A stretch of 64,000 nt of DNA from Bugula neritina (taxonomy: Eukaryota > Animalia > Bryozoa). Location of the stretch: assembly GCA_964035545.1 (NCBI GenBank), contig OZ037765.1, forward strand, positions 5,094,698 to 5,158,697. Reading direction: 5' to 3'. The number at the start of each line of letters is the position of its first letter. Position 1 is the first letter of the stretch. The notes beneath the pieces were generated by a model that saw only the letters and a program-made list of their open reading frames with translations, searched no databases and had not been told where the DNA came from. The position numbers were made by a program, and so were the translations under genes. Below are positions 23,501-35,500 of the stretch, in pieces.

Positions 23501-26500
23501 CCACATAAATGCATAATTAACTACAAACTAATTGCTAACTAAAACTATTGTACTGTTATTTAGTTGGCAAGTTATTTTAGTCATCGAATTTCATGTTTTT
23601 ATTATCAATCAGGAAATAAACACCAGTAGGCTTGCCATCTTGCTAATGGATCCTAACATTCTTTTTTTATAATCTTGTGTAATGTCATGTGCCTCTGAGA
23701 AATAACTGCTGAGTATAACTAATATTTCATTGAAACTATGCCTCGTCTTTTTGCAAGAGAGAGGGCAATTGATTAAAAAGTAAGCTGAAAGTCGGTGTTG
23801 AGTATAATTTGGAGATTTTAAACTGAAAGGTTTTCTCGAAAGGAACTAGCAATTCCTTCTGCATTATGATTTAATGTTGAAGTAAAAAATTGCAAGATTT
23901 CTTCTATTAGTTATTATATTTTATTCAGTCAAGTCTCTGCAAAATATCGCTTTAGACATCATATCCCATGGAGGCCTCTTCTGGAAGTATATTCAGTTGA
24001 TTGCCATTTATTTGAAGCTGGTGACAAGTTTTTTTTTTTCAAAACTTTATTTTTGTCTTTGATTACAGATGGCTATGCGTGCTACGTTGGCTGGAAAAAA
24101 TACAAGAAGAGCTGCTACAGGCGGTTTGACAAGGTTTTGAGTTATGCTGCAGCAAAAGCTGACTGTAAGAACAACCAGGGAACACTGTTAGTCATCAATG
24201 ATATTGAAGAGATGGACTTTCTAGTCGGTCAGTGTTGTACACAGTTTTATATAGCTATCATCTCTGCTGGTTATACATGATAGTTGTATTCTGTTTATTT
24301 GTATATGTTATTTCCTGCTGTATGTTTCTGCCATCTTGTTTCAGCGGACAGCCTGTTACTCAACAGTATCGTATGGATAGGATATGATGATTTAAAGACT
24401 CCTGGGAGATATGAGTGGGTAGATGGTTCACCTAGTACCTTTACTTATTGGGCTCCTAATGAACCTAACAACCTTAATAATAAAGAACATTGTGTAGAGG
24501 TCAGTTATATGTTGTATTTCAGTTTTTATTCAGTTATATTTAATTAAATCTGTAAGTAATATATTCTAAGAGTATATTTAGCCAACGGCTGTGTATGGCA
24601 TATAGGTAAGGTAGGTAAAAATAGGCTGTAACTAAATCAAATCACTTCCTTCTCCAAATTTTCGTTACACTTATCTATTTGTTTAGCTTTAGCATTGTGT
24701 GTGGTACTAAGCATCTACTGTTTGCAACAAATGTGTCTGCAATATGGTACCGAGTTAATAGATGAGTATATATTGGAAGGCCACAGAATGGTGGCTCTTC
24801 AGCTTTTCCTATTTGTCTATAGTGCTAAAGCAACTTTCACATTGTTAGATTTGCAGCTAAAAGCTATTGTTTTTTTCATTTTAGCTGCAATGAGTAAGTT
24901 TGTAAAACACTCTTTTACTGATATTTGTTCTAGATTATTCCACTGACAGCATCACATCTTCACAATAATTCAATCAGCAATAAAATGCTTAAACTGCAAT
25001 TTTTGAAAATGAAATTATGTTTTACATATAACCAGAAATTACTTACTGTATGCCAGCTTCAATACATGTGCCCTGGTAATAGCAATGGGTCTTTTTAAAA
25101 CATACTAGTTATTTTGTTGCTGACTGTAGTTATGGTAATCACCAGTTCGACTCTAGAGGTTTACATTGCAGATGATGTCCAGGTCGTTCTCTAGCCCAGC
25201 CGTGTGGAAGGATACGGACTGTGCTGGCACCCGCCCGTACATTTGTGAGACATATGCTGTACCAGGAACCCAGGCTACTACTCCAATGCCCACCCGTATG
25301 TTGTTTCTTTACTTGTTCGACTGGTAATTAATGGAATTTAGTAATGCAAATTAAAGGTGACTTTACTACATTGTGTATGGATGTGGGTTATGGCACTAGA
25401 ATATTAGTTAGATTATGGTAAACAGTTTTAGTATACTTTCCTAGATTACGTGAAGTTTGAGCTCCTGCCACTATGCAATGAGGCCAGCTGTGTGTTTTAA
25501 AATGGACTGATCTTAGTATACTTTTATTATTAATAAGCTAAATGATAATTTTATTTTTATACCAAATAACTAATACTTTTATCCAATGTTTTACTAACAC
25601 ACACAACACATTTACACACCATGTTGTTGTCATCACCCAGGTCCCTGGTCTACAGAGTGTGGAGTAGGCTGGACTGTTGACCATCTCTCTGGAAACTGTT
25701 ATTACTTTAGTTTTGACTCCAAGAGCTGGCAGGCTTCTAGAAATGCTTGTAAAAAGATGAACTCTGACCTTATCAGCATTTCATCTAAAGTAGAGCAGCT
25801 GTTTATTCGAGGTGTGTGGCTACCATGTTCAATTCATCTTTTTGGATACAGGTGCAGATGGGATTAATTTGTAATACATGTTCATTCATAATTTTTTTTT
25901 TATGTAAACATTAGTGAGTTTTAAGCCTAGTTTTTCTCTTCTTTTTTTAAAAAAAAATTATTTACGTACTTTGAAATCTTATTTTTAGGTTGTGGCTTAT
26001 CTAATATGTCTAAATTATCTATCATACATGGATTATTCAATTATTAGTGCCCAGTTTTTGCTTCACCAATATCTTGCATTTGGTTATAATAAAGTTTATG
26101 TAAACGAGAAGAAAACTCTCTCTTTCCAGGCATACTGCGGGGCGACACTTCTGGTGCAATAGCGTACTGGACAGGGGGAAATGACAAAGCTGCGGAGCAA
26201 GGGTGGCGTTGGGTTGACAAAAGTCCTTTCAAATACCTCAACTGGAACGACGGTAGCTTTTTACCTTTACTCAACGTACTAGCCTATTAAACATTGTTCT
26301 GACTCAATTCGTAAAACAGTTTACTTGAGTGATTGGCCATTTAAACTTTGAATAAAGCAGAAGTGAAAGTTGACCTCCAGAATGCAGAATGCAGCCTCAG
26401 CTGATCTCCGCCTGTCTTGGTTTAATTTTTCTGCAGAATTCTTTCAACAGTTTATTGTCAGTCTTGCGAGGTGAAACTAATAAAAACATGTTATCTATGA

Positions 26501-29500
26501 CATATATTACATGTATATAGCATATTTTATATGTATATACTACATAGCATATATTGCATGTATATGACATATATTATATGTATATAGCTTATGTATGGCA
26601 TATTTTGTTCAAATTGAATGTTGGATAAAAATGATGCAATTCTGGAGTTGTCTTATCATAATGTGTACACTGCTCTATTGTAAGCCACTGTGTATTTTTA
26701 GGTGAGCCTAGCAGTGCAGTTGAAGAAGATTGTATAGAGATTTCTAGACTGAGTGGAAGATGGAATGATAACAATTGTGCTAGTTCGAGACAGTACATCT
26801 GTGAGAGACCTGGTATGCTTGCTACTCTTACCATACATGTGAATGGTAATCTGTCAATTGCTTCACATTCAGCACACAAAATAATCATTTATTTTGCTTA
26901 CAGTTAGTCTTGAATAAAGTTTAAACAATAGTTGACAGAATTTTGTTTTATAAAATGTAAAATATTTTGTTTGTTTACATTGCAGCACCAGTAAAGACCA
27001 ACTCTACCCAAATCAACACAACACCCCTGCCTACACGTATGTCATATTATTCAATACTTGATATTTTACGTGTTTAATATTTGGTATTTGCTTTCTAACT
27101 TTCAACTGTATTACTGCAAGTAATTACCACTATAATTCAATTGTGTGTGTGTGTCTTCATATTGTGTAATTCAATGAGAAACTTTTAGCAGTTGAATCAT
27201 CTATGAAGAAATTACTTACGCATTTTGTGACTACTATACTCTATCTAAAGTATTTTTGTATTACAATTTTCTAAACATCTGATTAAAATTCCATGTTGTT
27301 TTGTATCTAGAATTTACAGTCTAAACTGCCTTCTAAAAAGTGACAGTGTCAATATAAACAAAATCTCTCTGAAAAAATTCTGATGTTTCAATTCTTACAC
27401 CACAGTTACTGATAACTGTACGACAGTGGAGTTGATCTCCGGCACACACTGGGTACCAGACAGTGCTTTTCAGACCTCCTCTAACAGAGATGCCAATTCT
27501 GGCCCTGAAAATTCCCGGATAGATTGGACAGCCACTGGTAAGATATGAACCTACCTACAAATGATATTTTGTATAAATTTGCCACGGTGGCTGTATTCAA
27601 CATGTTTCATCTGAGTTGTCCACTCTTTATTCAAATATGTCTAATTTTTACCTGCTGCACTGCAAGCAATCTTCTCTTTGTCTAGATGTCAACATTGATC
27701 CATTTCTTAATTCAAGTAGCCATGCTTTCCTTACTCTAACTCAAACAAAGAAAGGCTATTGGTATCTGTGACATAATATTAAACCAGGTTTAAGCTTTAA
27801 TAAATAAATTTTTGTATAGTTTGTTTTAAAAATTGTTTTGTCATCCAATGGCTCGTATGAGCACATGCAGATTCGACCAGCTCAAACCCATACAGTTGTT
27901 GTGAGGCTGGGAAGGACTGGAAAAGGGTACATTATTTGGAAAACTTGTTGCTAACTTGTAGTAGTGAGAGAAAACATGACCAGTTATTGTTTTGAAGCAA
28001 ATTAAACTGTTCCTTATGACTAGATTGTGTCTAAATTTGTTGTACAACATAATTGTCACTTTGAATTAAATAAACATTGGTGCTAGCAACAGCTTTTCTG
28101 TTAACTTTCGCAGACGAGAAGATAAAGATTTCAACAGACAAGCAGTACAGATATAAACCTGTAGCCAACCTTAACCTGAAGAGCACCAAGTTTGTGACGT
28201 TCAGTGTGCAGGCGTGTAATGATGCTCACATCAGCTTGCAGCCAGCAGTTAATAATCTGACTCTGTATGTATTATTGTCTAATAAATTGTGCATTTGTTT
28301 ACTGCAATTTATTGTGAATTGCCAATGAAAATCGTAATATATAGCAGTAAAATATCATGTTTATCCTAAACTAAAGCAAGGGTGGGGGTGGGAGAAAGCC
28401 TGACTAAATTAACAGAAACTAAACTTACTAAAATAAACATGACTAAACATGCTTTATAGTTGAACATGACTTTTGTAATCGATGTTAAATGTTCACTGTT
28501 AGCCTGTTTCAATGTACAACCCAATTTAACGTCAACTTAGTATAATATGGTCTTGCTGGAAACCATTTTATTTTATACGACCTGCAATGTCAAACCTTAT
28601 CATACCTATAAGAACTCTGGTGTATATTCTAGTGATGCTTACGAGGTAGTGCTCGGTGGCTGGGCAAACACACAGTCAGTTGTTAGAAGTGAACACCAAG
28701 GTACCCTAACAACCAAGTACAGGGGCCGTGATTTGCTTAACTGTAAGCAGCCCAGGTAAGCTCTGCACTTGTTACATTTACAGTTCATGCAATTCATGCA
28801 ACTTAAGACTATTTCCTAAACTATCACCAATGTTTAAGTCAGTCAAGAGCTAATTCTAATTATTTTAAAGTTGCTTGTTGCATAACTTCCACAGTGGCTG
28901 TGATGTAGACAATAGGCTTTGACTTTGCATACTGGAATGGACAGGGAGGTTACATTTTGGTTTTAAAAACTCACTCAAAGATTGTATAAATAATTACTTA
29001 CAGACATTTCCAGAAAACATGAAGCATCAACAGTTTGGTATAAATATTATCTGTAGACAGTTTTGGATAACATGGAGCACAGGGAAGATCCAGGTTGGCA
29101 CAGGAAACAAGGTGTCTGGCAGTACTATGATTATGGAGCATGCAGTGACAGATTCCCTTACCATCTCTGGCATGGCTGTCAGCACTGGTTGGGGGGCTTC
29201 GGGTGAATGGGTCATCATCAACCCTCATGGTAGGTGTCTGTGTTACAGCTGGTTCAATAAAAAGCTAAACTTCGTAAATTTATATAATTAAAGTGTATAT
29301 AAATTATATATAATGTAAATAAAATTGATGAATTATATAATATGAGTAGATTAAATAAATTATATGATATAAAGAATACATCATGTAAGATTTGTGTTGA
29401 ACTTTTCAATCAAAAATAGATGAATGGAATGAATAAACAACTCCAAACTACTCTATTAACTAATGCTTTAAACTGCTCAACATGAATGAGTTTTTGTATA

Positions 29501-32500
29501 TCCATGTGCAGATATCACATCAATAATAAAAATAGCTAAAAAGGCATTTACCTCACAATTAGCTAAAAAAGCTAGGATAAAACTTTAGATACAAAAAAGC
29601 ATTGTAACTAAACAAACATTATTGATACATAATATAGCAAGTTGATGCAATGTTTCAACAATTGGTACTTGTTTCTCATGTTATTCTTTCTACAGCTTTT
29701 CATTGTGTACAGAACACCATGTTACCTGGAATTGATAAATCCCTGAGTCTTCTTATGCCACAACAGAGTGCAGGAAATCTTTGGCTGCCCTAAAGTATTG
29801 TTGTTTATTGTTGCAGTGAATGGTTGAAATGCTGTGTGTAATGTGATGGAGAAAGTAAGAGACACATAAACAAACTGTAATATTTCGTTACTGTATCAGT
29901 GTTAATGTTGTGACCTTCAGGTATGAGGCAAGGTGGTTGGAGTCCTAAATACTCAGTTAAGTCTGTCGCAGCTGGTACAGAGCAATACATATATGGTCAG
30001 TGGATTCAGGTTGACTTTGCTAAACCAACTCTCATCCAGTCTGTCACTACTAAGGGTTCAGCTACAGCTCTAGAGTTTATCACAGAGTACTACTTGGAAT
30101 TCTCTTATGACAAACCGAAGAGTTTTGAGCCCTACACAACTCCAGGAACTAAAAGACCTTTCGTAAGATTTTACTTTTTATCAATAAATTTTTACATCAA
30201 CTTGCTGTAAATTTTGATTTTTTGTTTAAATTTTAATTTCGGTGTCTTGTGATCTTGGGTTATTTTTTAGATGCTCAATTTTTGTAAGATTATATGTTCT
30301 GCCATTTTTTTAAAGCTCACTTCCTGTACCACATAATTGCTTGTTATAAACGATTAAAAATTAAATTATTTAGTCGACATTTTTCTAGACAGTATTTGGT
30401 TCAAAACTGTTCTTGAAGTATATAATTGTGTAACCGGGTCTTGAGTTGGTAACATTTTTTCTCTTATCAGTATTTTGCTGGCAACAAAGACTTTGATACA
30501 GCTGTTACCAATCAAATAGAATTCCCGTTTGAAGCGCAATATGTTAGACTAAGACCACGAAAATTCTATGGTTATCCTTCTCTAAGATGGGCGTTGGATG
30601 GATGTCCCCCACCAAGTGAGTTCTAAGCGGACACGGTTTTTTCATAACTGTATTCATTCTAGCATGGCTCAACTATACATCTCAATTTGTATAGCAAAAT
30701 ATATTAGTTTATTGTTTCTACTTTTTGAACAGTTATTTATAAAAGTCTATTAACTTTTGTCTTAAAAATGAATAATAAGACTTGTTTTATGGTATAAGTA
30801 TCTTTTGCACGTTTTTGTTACCCAGAATATTGCGAGCCAGAGCGACTAGTTACCGGAGAATCTCAGTTATCTGATTGGACGATTAAAACGAGCTCTCTGA
30901 AAGACGGTTATGTTTACGACAGCAGACTGACAGCACTTCCTGGAGGCAAGACTCCTAATGGTTGGCTGGCAGCTCTACCAAATGCTTTGGCTAACACTCT
31001 GTCTGAACAATGGATACAGGTACATGTGTTTTTATTTTATTAACTTGTCATATTTCTAATTTAAATCTCTTCTATTTTTAATGTGCATCCACACAGAGAT
31101 TTCACTACTGATCAGTGTTTTAAGCTTGAAATATGGAATTGCATTTGTTGGGTAGAAAAAACTGCACTGTATTTTGCTAAATGTTGTAATGTGTCTTTTG
31201 CTTTTTTACAATTACAGATCTACTTGATGCGAGAAATGTTAGTGCATGGAATCGTTACAAAAGGCCACAAGATCCAACCTTATTGGGTGAAGTCGTACCA
31301 GATACAGACCAGGTCTGTGTTTGGTGGATACAGATTCTATAATTACCAGGAGCCTTATGGAACAATCAAGGTGAGACATGGTTGGGACCTTCAGTTTTGT
31401 TTCCTTTTCATAAAGATATACTTTGTGCAAGGTGTGCATTCAAAGTAGAAGATGTGGCTACATTATTTAGATAACTAAATCCGATTTGATGTTTAGTTTG
31501 TTGCTGTTTTTGCCATATTGCAATAAATAGGATAAGGCCATGAGCCTATAAGGACAAAATAACAATACTTTTGAAGTAATTTGTGATTTAGACTTTCCAA
31601 GCTAACACAGATCAAGACACTGAAGTGACAAACATGCTGGGTAACCCTATTGTGGCCATGTATGTTAGAATCATACCTAAAGAGTATAACACTAACATAG
31701 CCATGAGGATGGATATTCTAGGCTGTCTGGAAGGTCAGTGACTCATCTCCCTCATCTCGTACTGCATGTGGTAAAACTACTGAAATACTTGGTTGAGTGA
31801 ATTTATTTATGGTTTCTCTCTCTTCATGCTTTTTAAAAGTATAAAGTAAACCTGTTTATGGTTTCACATAGAGGCTAGCCTTCTAAAAGTATAAAATCAA
31901 TTTTTCTATATCTGAGTTTACCAAATCGAAGGCTTCCAAAAGATTAATACATTTTTCTAATCTATATCTTTAATCTAATCTATATCTTTAAACTGGTTAC
32001 CTACTTGTATGAAATTGTTAGTAACCAACTTGAAAACAGACATGGAGACTATAGAATCTGTAACTACATTTATTTTGTGTTCTGTAGGTGATAAATTTGC
32101 AATAAGTTTGCATAAGTTTGCATTATTTATGAAAAATTTGCTACAAACTTGTAGCCATTGCTGTTAAAGTTGTTAGCAATTTTGCTTTTGAATAATTTTT
32201 GAAAACTGCCTCAAATTATTAGGTAAGTTACTATGTTCTTTTTGGTTGGTGTGAGCAAATTTTGTAATTGCAAAATCTAAAAAAAATTGACACTACGTAA
32301 TATGTTAAAACTAAGGTGAATACAGGGAATTTAGTTATGTTCTCAACTTTGTGTTGTTGACTAAGATTTTTGGCTCTGCTTTTGAGGGAGAGCTATTAAA
32401 TTTCAGTTTTCAACTATGCAGGATGTCTATTTACAGTTTAAAAGAGTTATTTTTTGTAAAATAATGAAGACAGTGCCATTTACATACAGTAAAATCCAAA

Positions 32501-35500
32501 TAAATATATTTTTGCACAAAGCTACAGCCATGGTGCCTACAATGTTAATATACAGGTGCTGTGTTGGACTAGGCATGTTTGCTGTGATGGATGTATGTAT
32601 GTTTGCTTCTCACGCAGGTTGTTCTTTGTCTCCCATAATAAATGGACCAACTCCTCTAGATGACACCAGACTCTCAGCCAGTGGATCTTTATCCTCTGAT
32701 TTTGGTCCAACTAAAGCTCGTCTGGATACCACAGGCTATGCTAGTGCCTGGATACCTAAAGTGTCAAAGGTTGCCAATGGCAGACCTTTTATCCAGGTAA
32801 TCTTTTCATATACATTGTGTGCACCTGATGTTTTGAATTGTGAATGTTTTGGTATCGTTGGTCTGATTGGGATGTTAGTATATGGTGTATGATAATATTG
32901 TTTGTTCCTTGGTAACTTATTTCTGTTCATTCTCTGCTCAGGTTGATTTTGGTGTGACTGAACGAATCTCAGCCGTCACAACTCAAGGAAGATCAGATGA
33001 AGATCAGTGGGTTACAGCTTATTCAATCTCTTATAGTGTGGATGGGAAAATATTTTATAACTATAAAAATGGGATGGTATGTAATTGAGTTGGTTTTTAT
33101 CTGCCGAAGCTCACATCTGCACGGCTATAATTGCACGGCTATATAATAGGTGTCATCTTGAATATTTTTGTAGCGATTTAAAGCGAACCTTGACAGAAAT
33201 ACAAAGAAGAAGAATTTTTTGCCGAGTGTGATTTCAGCACGTGTCATTAGGATTCATCCGCGGTCCTGGACTAAAAGGGCTGCCATGCGCATTGAGCTTC
33301 ACGGATGTTCTGGTGAAGTTTCTTTTTCAACTTGGTTTTCACAAATCTACTACCATGGTCATTTATTATTTACTGTTTATAATTGTGTTTTCACTCAAGT
33401 AAGCCTGCAATGCTGTTAATTTCTGCAATAGAGTGCCACATGTGATTTTGGAGAGTCGCGTAATTGTAGGATCTGCTGCAAAGAGTGTCGGCTGTTTCAC
33501 CGAAGGAAGTCATGCTGACTCATTTGATGGTCCCACCGCCTACTATACTTACAATAGTCCAAGTAAATGTGCTGCAAACTGCTTCAAACAAGGATTCATG
33601 TATGCCGGCCTCAGCAGATCCACTTGTAAATGTGGCAACTCTGTGAGTATTAGTCTTTCATAACTTTACTAGAAAAACTCACACGTTTGTAATATACCAA
33701 CATTATGTAATACCATGACTAAGTGGATTCTTGCAGCACTAAATTACTTAATTCTTATATCTTTGTACGGCCAAATGGGTTGTCATAGCTCATATGTGAT
33801 CAATACTGGTTTAGGTCTGCTGATTTTACAGAGACTGTTTGCAGAGTGTATATTGGTTATAAGTGTAGATATGTTTTAGCTGCCCTCTGGTGGTAAAAGT
33901 TCGAGATGTAACTACAAGTGTCGAGGGGATAGTAATTTCTATTGCGGTGGATTTGCACTTGGACCTGTCTCGGTATTTGAAACTGGAATAGGTTTGTGTT
34001 GATAAGTAATAAAATTTGTTGCTCTCATTATTTTATTTTTTGTTTTCTTTATTTATTTTTGTTGGCTGGAATGCTAATTGAAAAGCTCTGTAATATCTCT
34101 CTGAATTTGAACTCATGGTCACCTAACATTAGATGAAATATTTAAAATGTCAAATTATATTTTAAACTCTGTAAAGTGACTGAGCTAATTTAAACTTTTG
34201 TATTAAATGTTGTCTAGTTCATAGACTCTCTGGGTTTCTGAAACTGTGATGGGGGGGGGGGGGGGGGAGGTGGATTGGCTTGGTATCTTCACTTAGTCTA
34301 AATTTTGAAGCACATCATTAAAAGCTGTCTGTTCAAAATAATGGGTTTAGTCTTCACTACTCTTGATTAAAACTGTTTTACTACCACAACTCTGACTCAC
34401 TCAGGTCCTGATGATGAACGCTGTCCTGTGGGATACGACACCTACAACGGCAAATGTTTCAAGATCTCTAAGGCTATACAGAGCTGGCAAGATGCCAGAA
34501 CTTCCTGTCTGGCAGAAGGCGGAGATTTGGCTACAATAAATTCTGACGCTGACCAAGCTTATATCAGAACTCAGATGGCCAAATGTTAGTTTATGTCTTG
34601 TACTTAGTATATAGCTATAACGGTCAGAGTTTAGTCTTTAAAGCTGTTATATTATTGACTATTCCTGCTGCATTGGTGTATGTCCCGGGGCAAGCAATTT
34701 CTATGATCAAACATCCAAGTCTATGGTTGAACTCTAGAGTTGAAGTTATTGCTGAATTTAAACATTAGTCATGTTGGCCAGTTATTGGCTACAATGTTGT
34801 ATAGTCATGAAGAAATAGCTGATGATCAACCTGTAACAGTGGCTTTTTTTAATATACTTAGAAATATAGCTTATCACTAACTAATAGCTATTGATCAATT
34901 ACTAATTATCAACTATATTATTTGTTTTATTTTTTATATAAATCCCTATTAAGTTTAAACTATCAAATAAATTGTAGGAGCTTTTTGCTATTTTGTTGAC
35001 TTGCATAGTTGTGTTAAGATGTTAACTGTCACATGTTAACTGCTACTAACAGGATATAGAAATGTTTGCAGTGGACCGAGGTGCCTGGATTGGTCTAAAT
35101 GACCTTCAAGATCAAATGTCGTTTGAGTGGGCTGACGGTAGTCCTGTATTGGTGACATTCTGGCAACATTCTGAGCCCAACAACCATCTGGGGAAGAGAG
35201 AGGACTGTGTTGAGGCCATCTCGTATAAAGAGGTGTGTAGGAAATCACAGTGGTATTATATTATGATATTATATTATATTATAATATTATATTATATAAG
35301 TTAGTCTTGTAGTCGTTAGAGCATTGGCCTGGTGAACACGAGGTCAGTGGTTTGAGTTTAAGCACCAGCGGTGATGTTAGAAAGAGCATTCAGTCATAAT
35401 TGCTCTTTTACCACATTAGAAAAAGTCTCTACCTTGCTTTAAAAGTCTTTTCCATTAAGGGTTCTCACATGGCTAGTGACTATAAATCCACGTGAGTGAG

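Larger units (their letters stand above)
18256..26812 (+). other. Paralog A: N-terminal block of five CTLDs (three exons each)
   Basis: CTLD1 QPD/LSD, CTLD2 EPN/WKL, CTLD3 degenerate, CTLD4 EPN/WKD, CTLD5 EPS/WND. Confidence 0.85.

Noticed and set aside
23400-23502. tRNA gene
   Set aside because: A/B boxes are present, but there is no proper cloverleaf and it continues into a shared repeat body, so it is a SINE head.
34251-34267. G17 run (G-quadruplex potential)
   Set aside because: Isolated intronic homopolymer with no evidence of function; its length is error-prone.
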